From Octopus sinensis (taxonomy: Eukaryota), in NCBI RefSeq assembly GCF_006345805.1, contig NC_042997.1, forward strand, positions 169,260,001-169,324,000: 64,000 nt of DNA, written 5' to 3'. The position numbers were made by a program, and so were the translations under genes. Below the pieces are notes generated by a model, which ran no database searches, was not told the DNA's origin, and saw only the letters and a list, made by a program, of their open reading frames with translations. Positions 1 through 11,839 of this stretch are shown here, in pieces (within the stretch, counting starts at the first letter, position 1; each line of letters starts with the position of its first letter).

Positions 1-721
1 CTACTCTATTATAGATGTTTTTTCCAAAAAACAATAAAAACTCATTAATCCCCAAAGATCTGTAATCTCTCTGACCCTTTTTCTTCTGCACATCAATTAC
101 AGCCATATAATTACACTGTTATTTTTATAAGCCAACAATGGAGTCAACTAACCCTCAAATTTCACCTGACCACTTTGAAGAGAAGGATACATTATATAAT
201 GTAGTCCTAGATACACAATGCTTGAGTAAAGGATTGATCACAGGTTTGCTAAGAAGCAGTAACAAAAGTAATGCTATGTTTTTCATTGCTCTTTCAACCA
301 AAAGTGTCATAAATTTTAAACCTGATCAGCCCCCTAAATAATCTATGCACTCAATATAAAAACAAAAGAAACAAATTCTATCACATTCTGCTTTAAGGTT
401 CAGATACCATGGTATTTAATAAGAATGAAACAAATATTTCTCAACACTGCAAAATAGTATTTAGTATGTACACCTCTACTTCTAGACACCTCAGAAGTAC
501 AAATTACTCAATGGAGAATGTGATGATCCAAAATAATACTTAAATTTATGCTGTTGACATGGAAACACTTATTCTAAAAATAAGTTACTTGAAAAAGTTT
601 GGACAACAATGAAATAATATTCCAATTTCTGTTTCTTAACAATATTCAGTCATATAACTTTGTTTAACGAACAATAAATCTAAGACTGAGCAATAGATAA
701 ATTAAAGCATAAACTACATAC

Positions 722-925
722 AGTGTTGTCTCCTACATAGGCTGATGTGGCTCCTAAATGTATTATAGGTGCAGCTTTAGGACAGCAAGAAGCAAATGTA
801 TGAATGTGGGCCATAACATCATGACGGACTCTTTTCTCTTCTTCAGCAGCTTGAACGAAATCAATATTATCCAAATTGGATTCTAATTCAGAGAGTTGTT
901 CTTCACTGATATCCAAACTGAGAGC
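722..925 (-). CDS. ADSL: Adenylosuccinate lyase, coding exon 2 (204 bp, phase 0/0)
   Basis: Translates to [68 protein letters not shown], containing the ADSL motifs RHDVMAH and [14 protein letters not shown]. Acceptor tttcag at 926-927 and donor GTATGT at 721. Confidence 0.96.
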
Positions 926-1016
926 CTGAAACATTTAAAACATATTTTAAAATGAAATACACATTTATTATGCATAAAATCAAAAGCTTTTCAACTGAAA
1001 CTCTTAAATAACTACC

Positions 1017-1241
1017 TTAACCCTTTTGATACCAACCTAGCTGAAACTGCCTCTGGCTCTGTAGTGCAAATGTCTTGTTTTCAAAAGTTTTGAATTAAAA
1101 TTTTCCACCAAACCTTAGTCACAATTTATGTTCCTAACACTAGCTTAATGATAACTAGGTTATTTTACTAAATTCTTTGTTATATTTAAAATTAATTGAA
1201 AGAAACACAGAGCATCTCAAGAGAAATATGGTAACAAAGGG
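1017..1241. mobile_element. piggyBac-like non-autonomous element (degenerate)
   Basis: TTAA followed by CCCTTTTGATACC at the left end and GTAACAAAGGG at the right end. Related degenerate copies lie near 16120-16350 and 46085-46300. The right TTAA is missing. Confidence 0.5.
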
Positions 1242-1566
1242 ATGGTCTTTAGATGAATTTACTTTCCAATGTTAAAATTCTAATGTTAATAGTACTTTAG
1301 TTTTAAATTCTGTTAAATTTTCAAATGAAAACTAATTGAAATTAACTTTTATGCAGAGGTAAGATCACCATGTCTTTTAGGAAGTTAACCTAATTTGTAT
1401 CACAATATATTTTTTTGTAAACACTATTAATTTATCAACATCATATCCCCTTACAATACTAATGTAACCATCTCAAAAAAAAATTTTTTTTTTTTGACAA
1501 GTTTCGCAGCCAATTTGGTAATCCTTATGTTTAGCATTATATATAAAAAAATTTGAATATTGAATA

Positions 1567-2082
1567 GGCATAGGAGTGGCTGTGTGGTAAGTAGCTTGCT
1601 TACGAACCACATGGTTAGTCCCACTGCGTGGCACTTTGGGCAAGTGTCTTCTGCTATAACCTCAGACTAACCAAAGCCTTGTGAGTGGATTTGGTAGGCA
1701 GAAACTGAAAGCCAGTCGTATATACATACATATATATACACACACACATATATATATATATACACATATATATATATATACACATATATATATATATACA
1801 CATATATATATATATACACATATATATATATATATATATACACACACATATATATATATATATATGTATGTATGTATGTATGTATGCGTGTGTGTATGTC
1901 TGTGTTTGTCCCCCCCCCCAACGTCGCTTGACAACCAATGCTGGTTTGTTTACATCCCCGTAACTTAGCAGTTCGGCAAAAGGCTTACAAAGAATAAGTT
2001 CTGGGGGCGATTTGCTTGACTAAAGGCAGTGCTCCAGCATGGCCACAGTCAAATGACTGAAACAAGTAAAAGAGTAAAAAGT
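1567..2082 (+). mobile_element. tRNA-derived SINE, family A, with expanded internal (TA/CA)n
   Basis: Head GGCATAGGAGTGGCTGTGTGGTAAG and tail ...GACTGAAACAAGTAAAAGAGT. Near-identical layout at 32066 and 49721. Confidence 0.85.
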
Positions 2083-2811
2083 ATTGTAACTTTTCACTAC
2101 CAAATTCAAGTAGTTGGAATGGCTCCTATTGTTCATGACTATAATTAGACAAGCTGCAGTCTCATGATAAGATCAATACCATGGTTGTTGTCATTATATT
2201 GTAAATCATTGGAATAAGTTGGCAAACCCTGGTAATCTACCTGAGTGCACAAGGAGTTGAAGTGTTTGCTAAGAAGTTGAAAAGAATAAATAGGAAATTG
2301 CAGATTCTCTGTTAGTTAAAGCCAAGCTTCACCTCACGAACACTACCACCACCACCATCATCATCAATATCAATAGCACTAGTATCACTTGTACAACGAC
2401 TACCACTACCAAACAGAACCTCTACATGGTCAAATGCTCTGTTAGAAATATCAGTCAAACCTACTGCAACAAGGTTCATTGCTTAAAATATGGATATATC
2501 TAGAATGTAGTCTTTGAATGATGAGATGGCCATAGCTGGAGCATCTTTGATAATGTCTGCTCAGTCAGGCCTGGCCTAGGGTGAAACAACCATAATAGCA
2601 TTGTCAATGACTAAACACATAACATATCATTAGACTGTGGTTATGCTGGGGCACTGCCTTGAAGAATTTTTAGTCAGGTAAAGCCTGGTACTTATTTGAT
2701 CAGTCTCTTTTGCTGAACTGCAAAGTTACAGGGATGTAAACACACCAACACCAGTTGTCAAGTGGTGGTGGAGTATATACCACCCCCACCCATATTTATA
2801 TATATTAAAAA

Positions 2812-3029
2812 TGGAATTACCTTAGGTTTCCCATCCATAAAGAGTTTAGGTTTATGGTGTGTCATCAAACCCCCAAAACCTATTGGCCCATAACCTCTTA
2901 AAAATATGGTGGGGGTCCATGATTTTCCCCTCCATATTTTTAAGAGGTCATGGGCCAACAGGTTTTTGGGATCTGACAATATGCCATAAAGCTAAACCCT
3001 TTATGGACAGGAAACCTAAGGTAATCTCA
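2812..3029. mobile_element. Foldback made of two inverted Penelope 3'-end (pLTR-like) pieces, each with a hammerhead-like motif
   Basis: The arms are reverse complements centred near 2915 and match the 3' ends of the Penelope copies at 11350-11445 and 14050-14170. Confidence 0.7.
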
Positions 3030-3129
3030 TTTTTAAACGTATACTACTCTACATCTTAGAGTGTGCTCTTTCTTTCGGATTTATGTTTATGTTTTTTTTT
3101 ACAAACGATCGATATGTATGTATGTATGT

Positions 3130-3250
3130 ATATATGTAATGGGTTTCTTACAGTTTTAGCCTCCCAAATCCACTCGTAAGGCTTTGGTCAGCCCAAGCCC
3201 ATAGCAGAAGACATTTGCTCAAAGTTCCGCATAGTGGGACTGAACCCAGA
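3130..3250 (-). mobile_element. SINE family A fragment
   Basis: Matches the reverse complement of the family A 5' half (ccaaatccactcgtaaggctttggtc...gggactgaaccc). Confidence 0.7.
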
Positions 3251-3254
3251 ACCA

Positions 3255-3472
3255 TTCTTATTTCTTTATTGCCCACAAGGGACTAAACATAGAAGGGACA
3301 AACAAGGACAGACAAACAGATGAAGTCAATTACATCGACCCCAGTGCATAACTGGTACTTAATTTATTGATCTCGAAAGGATGAAAGACAAATTTGAACT
3401 CAGAATGTAGCAGCAGACGAAATACCACTAAGCATTTCACCCGGCATGCTAACTTTTCTGCCAGCTCGCCAC
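3255..3472 (-). mobile_element. SINE family C
   Basis: Minus strand reads GGCGAGCTGGCAGAA...TGTTTAGTCCCTTGTGGGCAATAAAGAAATAAG. A homologous copy lies at 50686-50914. Confidence 0.8.
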
Positions 3473-5440
3473 CATTCTTACCACACAGCTATACCTGCAC
3501 CTGTTAGTATTTTGGGGAGGAAGACCTAAAAAGACAGGATGAAGTGGCGAAAACTAATCTAAAGATATTGAACCTTACAAAAGAGATGACAAACAACTGC
3601 AGCAACTGGCAACACTGTACTGAGACAAACCTATTCTCTCAAACAAGCAGAGCAGAAATAATGCTAATGAAATATAGATGGCAAGATGCTCTTGCTATAA
3701 TTCAGCCACTGCTCCTCCCTTGCCATTTTTTCACTGTCCAATCTCAGCCTCCCCATCCAGTATGCTTTCATTCTCTGCTCTCACCCAACCTTTATGAAAC
3801 CTTCCTCCCTCTATCCTTTTCTTATCTCCCTGCTCTCAGCACATTAACTTTCTATTCAGTCCCACTTCTAGTGTACCCTCCAGCCTCTCAATCTGAGATA
3901 CTTTTTCTGTCCACCACCTCTATCATGTCCTTTAGCTACTCTTTCCCCTCCTTGCTTTTGCAACACTCAACCACTGCTCGTCCACCCTCTGCTTAGCTTT
4001 CTTTCATTCCTATGCCACCTTTGCACCTTCTCATCTCTAGTCTGTCTCCATGATCCCTCCACATCTGTTCAATGGTCTCTTCCCAGAACCTTGCTGTTTT
4101 ATCATTCTCATATTTTTCCTTTCAACCCTTCCCCACTGTCCCTCTGTTTCTCAATAACACCTGATGCTAATCTCTTCCCTATCAGTCCTATCAATACTCC
4201 TTTTCCCAACAGCGACTACTTTCTAACTCTCTCCACAGCCACCTTTTCACAACTATCAATCTGTTCCTCTTTTCATACTTTACCCTTTCTCATCATTCAG
4301 CCAAGAACCATCTTTCTATTCTCCTTTAGTTATAGAGGCCCCAATAGGTTCTTAGACTTGCAATCTGCAAGGTACTCTCACTAGTGCTGGTACCACAAAA
4401 AGCTCATCCAGTACACTATTTAAAGTGATTGGTATCAGGAAGGCCATCCAGCCATAGAAACTGTCAGAACAGATCATGGACACTATGTAGTCCTCCAACT
4501 TGTCATACACAGTCAAACCATCACAAGCATGGAGAATGGATGTTAAATGATAATTGCTATAGCATAATTTCTTTTGGAACTCAGTCTGTGTGTTCGTTCT
4601 TAATATTTCTATCAGGATGCTATATTTTTGTTATTCTATTTAAACAAATTATATTTACTGTGAGCTGGAATGACGATTTTTCGGGTGGACATAGTGACAT
4701 TATGTCAGGGAGTTCAGTACTATTTTTATAATGCTAAACAGAAGGCTCACGGAATCGATTTGACAAATTCGACGGTATCAAGCAAGACACCAATTAAATC
4801 ACAATCCAATTAATTTGCGAAACTGTAAGATTCAAAGGGGAATAATTCGAAATATGCAAGTTATGTGTTCTTGTATCTCTGTCCTAACTGGAGCTATTGC
4901 ATATCTTTGTTGAACGAAAACATTATGGAAGCGAGTATCCCCACAACTTCATTCTTGTAGCATCTCTATTTGCCTGTCTTTTATGTATCACAGAATGCGA
5001 TACGATATAATGTAACGTTTAAATGTTTATTCAAGAAAAAGACTCTGAAGATTGTAACTTAAATAGAACATTCAGTTTTTATGTAAAAAAAAAAATCCGA
5101 TATACTAGCATACATATCTATATTTTCTTCTGTAGTACTTCTAACCTGATATCGTTCGAATGATTACCGATGCATCTAATGTTCGCACATGTTATGGTGG
5201 AGTAGTGCAGATACCTAGTTATATCTACCGCTAGTTTCGTTATTGTACGTGAGAGTAATTCTGGCAGAGTTTGTTCTATTTCTACGGTAATACCATTTAG
5301 GCATTTCCGTATTGTATACCTTGCGACGATGGGCTCCACTTATTCCACCATAGACTTTGTTAACCTTCCTTAGACCTTAACTAACGGCACCTCATGGAGA
5401 TGAAGGTTTCACTGTAAATGCAGCTGGGTTTAATTATTTT

Positions 5441-5701
5441 GGCATTCCTTCGATATAACTCGACAAAATCAAAACATTACACTTCGGGTATTTCCGTGGA
5501 AGCAAATGACAGTTCGATTCTGTTTTCTGCTTGGAAATTTGCGGATTTTACATACACACACGAAACAGGTAAAACAAATGTGCAAGGCTTTTTTAAAATG
5601 GGACATTGCTGGCATAATTTCGTTATATCTATACTCCACAACCCATGGAAATACCCGAAGTGAAATGTTTTGATTTTGTCGAGTTATATCGAAGGAATGC
5701 C
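5441..5701. mobile_element. MITE with about 59-bp TIRs and an 8-bp TSD (Merlin-like or hAT-like)
   Basis: Left end GGCATTCCTTCGATATAACTCGACAAAATC... matches the reverse complement of the right end with 2 mismatches. Flanked by ATTATTTT at 5433-5440 and 5702-5709. Confidence 0.85.
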
Positions 5702-6303
5702 ATTATTTTTTGTGAATAGTATTGCCCAATGTTTTCTGCTTTTCCGTCAGTTTCGGGATAAGTACTTCAGTTCGAACAATTGAACGAACTCATTGAATTA
5801 TTATATAGTATCAGTAACTTATATGGCATAACATGTGTATACCCTACGTTATCCTTAAGCAAAGTCAGAGTAATTAAAACAACGGCGATCTTTAACTTTG
5901 GTCTTAGTAATAGTGATAGTCTGAAACAATAACAAGACCTTTCAACCTAAGAATTGTAACATACAGAAGGAAGATATAGTGTGAACAGCAATTCAATTTA
6001 GAAAAGCAATAACAATAAAATTTAGGTGGAATTCTGGATTAAGCACTTCAAATCTTTTTTTAATTTTTGGAATTTTCAGAAAAGTTTTGAAAATTTGTGT
6101 TCTACACACGGGAATTCATATGATTATGCAAAATAGTGACAGAATACCAGTAAACTAATCTCACGCAAATAATTCTAGCTCAATTACCTATGTTAATAAA
6201 ATTACGAGATCTTTGTTGCTATTGTGCGAAGTATATAAATAAACTGAAATGCAATATCAAATATGCCAAACTATTGCCGAATATGTAAATCATGTACGTT
6301 CAC

Positions 6304-6438
6304 CTTTTGCGACTTAGCAAGCCAAAACCAAAGTTGTCTCCATGTTCTAAATTTTTTCATTTCACTGAAATTAAAAGACATCTCAGGACTAGCATAACGA
6401 GAAACAAGAGGGCTCCGATAAGACATGTATTTCTCCAT
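6304..6438 (-). CDS. ADSL: Adenylosuccinate lyase, coding exon 1 (135 bp)
   Basis: ATG at 6438 opens [45 protein letters not shown], matching the ADSL N-terminal YRSPL.SRYAS and TWR.LW motifs. Donor GTGAAC at 6303, phase 0, in frame with exon 2. Not in the ORF track. Confidence 0.94.
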
Positions 6439-7315
6439 TTTCGGATTTCTTTGGTTTGCAAAATACTCGGATATGATTTCTAAGTTCCCGCTCCGCGTGT
6501 TGTTTGACTTATTAGCCCGTAGTCTTCTAAAGCGGTGTCGAAAAGCATTGCATGCTTCTCCTGATGTAATAATAAGACAAATTATTTTCCCCCTAAATTG
6601 AAATTGATTTCATTCAGATATCCGAAAATATTTCATTAACTAATTAAAAAGTTACAGCGGGTAATTAGAAGCATATTATAAACTAATTAATGTAAGAAAT
6701 AAATGATAGTATTTGTCGAAGGGAGATTACTACGAAGTACAGTGCCCGGAGCTCGTAACTATAATACTAAGGTGGCTGTTCCCCGAAACTACCAATTACG
6801 TTTTCTCCGTTTTAACGTTGATTTTTCCAATTTGTTTGGAACATCTTTTTATGATTTTTTTTCCCACCTCATCGTTTTTTTCATCACATCGGGACCAATT
6901 TTGGCCAATTTTCTTGTACTATACACTTAAAAACCATAGAAGAAGCCTTTTCGGATCTTTTCGCTTTGACCGACAGATCTTTAAAATAATTTCTTTGTAA
7001 CTAATCACTTTTAAACTTCGTATACTGGTAGTGTGTTACATAGAACATCTTTTTCTCTTGGCTTTCTCGAGAAAATTCTGTAGTTTGTAAGCTATTTGTT
7101 GTTTAATTTCTTGCCTTTCCGCAATTTCTACCAATCAATGACGTCTATTGAGGTGAATACAATGTCTGCCGTACCTTGTCAACAACATTTTCTGGCGGTG
7201 TCATATCATAACAGACTATGAAACTTGGTGCAGTCCCTAGCCTTGCCAGCTCCTGTCAAGCAGTCCAATGTATGCCAGCATGAAAAGCAGACATTAAATG
7301 ATGATGATGGTGGTG

Positions 7316-7348
<33 letters not shown>

Positions 7349-7862
7349 ACTCCTTGGTCATAAGTTTGCTTCATCAGAGTTGATATGGTGCAAAACTGTG
7401 ACAACATATTTCTTTGAGAAATGCCAGGGACTACCTTCAGGAAATGTTTCCCAGCAGAGGTCCATTGCCAGTTTAGGCAGTATAGCAAAGTCTTTGATAA
7501 TGCTTCAGGAAACTGCCCTTTCATTTAGTGCACGATTGTGTATCCTTTGTCTTGAGATGGGCTGGAAACCTTTGTTTAATGAACACAAGATTTTGGGAGA
7601 CTTACCTACAGTTATTGAGTACCAACTGGATCAATCTAGTTTCTAACAGTAACTCAGCTGTCACTATTTCCTCTTCTTCATTAAAGATTCATACATTTTT
7701 CTTCAAAGTTTTGACAATATTTCAGCAGAAAAACATAAAAAGTATCTGCCAGGCAATTCTCTTTCCTTTGCATAAGTATCCATGGACTTCAATTCAACTG
7801 CACCCTATCCAACACCTCCATACATCTTATTCTCCTCTGGAATACAGATACCTCGGCTGCTT

Positions 7863-8702
7863 TATAATATTAATGAAATTATTGTATACAGTGCTCAGGT
7901 GCACCACAACTTGTCAAAAGTGCGTATAAAGCATATGCAGTAAGGTACAAATATCTGGGAAGTGAACAGTGTATGAGTCAGATACATGCTTGCGTGTGCA
8001 TGGAGGGGAGAAAATCAGGTGTAGTGTTGGCGAATCTCGGGAAGCATGGAAGTTTTGAAGGATGCAGTGCTCCAACAACTAACAACTGATGCCGGCAGTT
8101 TGTTCCATGCTTCAGCAACTCTCAGTGTGAAAAAATGTTTCCGAAAGTCATGGGAGCTGTGCTGTTTTCTGACTTTGTAAACATGTCCACAGGTGTTAGA
8201 CAGGTGGAGTTTGAAAAGGTGCTCAGAGTTATTGTTAGTAAGATGGTTAATAATTTTATGGGTGTCTGCCTAGTCAGTTGCCAGACATTGGAACTTCGAT
8301 GTATCCATGCCCAGGGAAGTAAGGCGTTCAGAATATGGCAAATGCCTGATAGAGGGTATTCTCTTGGTTGCACGTTGCTGAACGGTTTCCAGACGATTAA
8401 TATCCTGGGCAAGATAGGGGTTCCAGTCCGGTGATGCAAATTCCAGGTGAGGCCGCACCATAGCTATATAAAACCTCAGATAGGTAACTGGAGAGTGGCT
8501 CACAAAGGACTTGGTAAGTGATGCCAAGACACCCTCAGCCTTCATGGCAATTTTAGCAATGTGTTTTGTCCAACACAAATCGCTGTCAACAATAATGCCC
8601 AGGTCACGTTCTAAAGAAGACTTTTTGAGATTAGTGTTGTGGAGGGAGTAAGTAGACGCTGGGTTTTTCCTCTCAAAATGCATGGTGGTACATTTGTCCA
8701 CA
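7863..8702 (-). mobile_element. CR1-type LINE 3' fragment
   Basis: Encodes ERDLGIIVDSDL, MVRPHLEFASPDWNPY and INRLETVQQRATKRI, then FFTLRVAEAWNKLP in another frame. These are typical CR1/L2-group ORF2 C-terminal motifs. Confidence 0.85.
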
Positions 8703-9269
8703 GCCAGCTCCTTCTGCTGTCCAGGCCAGTGATATAACCAATAGGGGAGTAAGGGGAACAGCCACTCCCATCAAGCACATTTTTCAAAATTGGCACCTTT
8801 TCATTAATTTTTTAAAACGCTTTAGTTAGCTACATCAGTAGTTATAAGTTTCATACATAATGACATAGTTATTGAAACAAGAAATTAATGAATGTAGAAT
8901 ACAATTATGTATGTTATAACTAATGAAATATTTTGTGTAAGATATAGAAATGAGTTGAAAATTGTTTGGTATGTGTTACAGCGCCTTTTTTTTTAATGTA
9001 CCCACTAACTTTATAACCTGGCCATGCCACTAGTCTAGGCTACACTGTTTCTCATATCTGAAGTGTGCACTTATACATAATACCCTATCTCTATCATTCA
9101 TACGGAAATTAACAACAAAGCCTTCCACTTACTCAAGCTGAAAGTGTCATTTCCTCATTCTTCTAAAATTATCTGTTGTGTCTACCAATATCTAAATTCC
9201 ACCAGCCATCAACTGTTGTCTGATTATTTCTTGATTTGCATTGAAACCATATATAAATAGTGCTGTTCA

Positions 9270-11450
9270 ATAAAGGTTCGACCTGGGTCAAGCAATCTTA
9301 CCTCACAGGCTCCTTTGACATAGTGATGGGGGCCTTATGACAGTGCTGATGTATGTGACCTTATTGAGTTGTATATCCTTGATACCCTTAAGAAAAAGTT
9401 CCCCTCTGTCCTCTTTGGTCTTTACAGAGATGACATCCTGGCCATCTCTAGAGGAGCAAACAGGCACACCCTAGACAGGCTTAGGAAAGATCTAATTAGC
9501 ACACTTGACTCCATGGGACTGAAAAATCACCATCGAGAACAATCTCACCACTGCAGACTTCTTAGACATCATGCTTGACTTGAGCTCCAGTACAACCAAA
9601 TGAGAGGCTAATGTACATCAGCACAGCCTCCTGTCACTCACCCATAGTGTTCAAAAACCTGGTGAAGGGTGTTATCAAGAGGATCACACACCTTTCTTCC
9701 AGCCAAGAGATTTTTGATGCAGCAGCCCCCTACTATAACAAGGCTCTAGCTGCTAGCAGATTTAGGGACTGCATCTCCTACATATTGTGCCCCAACATCT
9801 GTAGAAGGAAGCATTGCAGAAATATCATTTGGTTTGCTACCCCCAGCCCCCATGACCTTCTATCTTAACGTAAAAATGTTTGTAGGTAGGATGTTCCTTA
9901 AGTTAATAGATAAACATTTCACATAGGTAGGGACACATTTTCAACAAGCACAAGCTTAAGATCTCTTTTAGCTGTGCCCCCAATATTAAGAGCATTCTAG
10001 TTAGCACCCCTAGACCATGAGTGGAGGCAGGATGCTCATGCAGAAACCACAACAGATGCCCAGTGAGAGGCCACTGCAAAACCAAGGGAGTCCTCTGTGA
10101 AGCTGAGGTACTTGTTGACCACAATAGCAGCAGCAACATCAGTAATTACCCCAACTGCTACTACAGTAGCAGGCTCAACAGTTCCAATAGAAGCAGCCAG
10201 AGGGACATGAACAGAACTATCAGCAGCACCATCACCAGCGATAACAACAATGACAGCAATGGTAGTATCCCTAAGGGAAATAGCAGCAGAACATCACCAA
10301 TGGTACCTATAACAGCAGTGACAGCACCTCCATCAATGACGATGACCATAACAACAACCACACCAGTGACCAGAGGAGGTGCAATGGCCCAGTGGTTAGG
10401 GCAGCGAACTTGTGGTCGTAAGAACGTGGTTTCGATTCCCAGACTGAGCATTGTGAGTGTTTATTGAGCAAAAACACCTAAGCTCCATGAGGCTCCGGCG
10501 TGGGGTGGTGGTGAACCCCGCTGTACTCTTTCACCACAACTTTCTCTCACTCTTTCTTCCTACTTCTGCTACAAAGCAGAGGAACCATGGTGTAACCACT
10601 ATGGTGTGATAAACTTTCAGACCCTAGTCTAGATTGCGAATCCTCTGTACCCCAGGATGGTTCAGCTCTCCACCCATTAAAAGCCACCATTTACAGAATG
10701 AGGATAACAATGTAGCGCGTGTGGTGGGTGGATCTTCAAGTTGCCATACGCATTTTTAGTAGCTTAGAGTAGGCTTGAATTAGAGATTATTCTTTGTGGC
10801 TAATGGCGTGAGTCCTGATTGGAAGAAGAAGAAGAACAACAACAACAACAGCAGCACCATTACCAACACTGGCAGTGATGGCACAAACAGTGCCAGCACC
10901 AACAACAGCAGTAGCAGCAATGCCAACACCAACAGACACAGCACCACCAACACCCAACCATGGTGATACATCGGCTGCTCTGAGAACACATTCAGACAAC
11001 GCCTCTTCACCCACAGATCCTCCTTCAGGATACTGGAAAGAAGATATGTTACATTACTAGCCAGCCATATATGGCAGCTGAAAGATGATGGGATTCCATA
11101 CACAATATCATGGAGAATCCTAGAAAATCCAGGCCCCTACATAGATGGAACCAAGTGCTGTAAGCTATGCATAGCAGAACAGGCAAGGATTTTAAAGGAC
11201 TCCCTCAACCCAGGGAACATACTTAACTCCAGAATGGAGATCTTTGGACCAGGCTTGCATTTCAGGAAATTCTTGCTGGCCTATTGGAAGGGAGACAGTC
11301 ACCTGTTGTTGACATTGAGCAGCAAGGTCCTTTCCTCTGTCATACTCTAGAGAGGCCATAAGCCAATAGATTTTGGGATCTGATGATATGCTATAAAGGT
11401 GGATGCTTTATGGATGTGAAACCCAGAGTAATCCCATAAACTGGCCTTAT
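9270..11450 (+). mobile_element. Penelope-like element (degraded RT + GIY-YIG + 3' repeat with hammerhead motif)
   Basis: RT motifs FDIVMG..YDSADVCDL and GLYRDDILA. A Cys-rich segment CSCRNHNRCPVRGHC is followed by YIGCSENTFRQRLFTHRSSF...LASHIWQLKD...CKLCIAE, a GIY-YIG domain. Contains frameshifts and stops. Confidence 0.88.
10375..10820 (+). mobile_element. tRNA-headed SINE, family B, inserted in Penelope copy 1
   Basis: A-box TGGCCCAGTGG and B-box GGTTTCGATTCC. The tail ends at an (AAG)n run near 10822. Confidence 0.75.
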
Positions 11451-11539
11451 CTATATATATATATATATTGTTAGTAGAAATACATAAATCTGGAGGGAAG
11501 CACAGTCTAAGATAAAGAGCAGTTAATATTATAATGGAG

Positions 11540-11790
11540 GAGGCCAGTTTATGGGGTTGCCCCGAGTTTCTTGCTCATAAGGTGTTTGGCCTTACAGCGT
11601 AACTTCACACCCCAAACACTGCTGGCCTAAAACCTCTTCAAAATATGGAGGGGAAAAGCCTCACTATAATGATAAACACTAGGTGATTATCTTCCTTTGC
11701 CATTGGCCATCGATTTGTTGTCACTGCTCAGCTGCAGCAACGGCAAAAACAGCACCAGCAGCAACAACAACAAATGCGGCACAGGCAACA
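11540..11790 (-). mobile_element. Second Penelope 3'-end fragment, inverted relative to copy 1
   Basis: Similar to 14045-14230 (cctaaaacctcttcaaaatatggaggggaaaagcc) and to the reverse complement of 11350-11445. Confidence 0.65.
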
Positions 11791-11839
11791 CGTTCAGAGA
11801 TGAATAGCTTCCCCTGTTATATATAATATATATATAAAC

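Larger units (their letters stand above)
4660..7200. promoter_or_regulatory. CpG-retaining region around the ADSL start (probable promoter and first-intron region)
   Basis: CG dinucleotides are visibly more frequent here than in the flanks, and the region spans the ADSL ATG. Promoter function is inferred. Confidence 0.5.

Noticed and set aside
1-679. Search for ADSL exon 3
   Set aside because: No DLI.LR-like exon was found, so it presumably lies left of the window. The ORF at 138-341 overlaps a degenerate repeat.
1654-1968. ORFs such as YIYIY, HTHT, CVCV, poly-N/I/L here and at 19.9k, 23.2k, 44.6-45.5k, 48.6k, 56.8k and 62.5k
   Set aside because: They are translations of microsatellites or low-complexity tracts, with no coding signal.
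4660-4720. Possible C/D snoRNA in the ADSL intron (ATGACGA, CTGA words)
   Set aside because: The box order is wrong on the gene strand and there is no terminal stem.
5118-5339. 73-aa protein-like ORF in ADSL intron 1
   Set aside because: It has a non-ATG start, no recognisable motif and no splice support.
6752-6782. GTAACTATAATACTAAGGTGGC resembles LSU rRNA helix 69 and the I-CeuI site
   Set aside because: The match is only about 20 nt with an indel and there is no flanking rRNA similarity, so it is likely chance or part of a repeat.
10375-10445. tRNA-like sequences here and at 14975-15043, 15960-16030, 41353-41420 and 51870-51948
   Set aside because: They are SINE heads lacking a complete cloverleaf and continuing into repeat bodies, so they were not called as tRNA genes.
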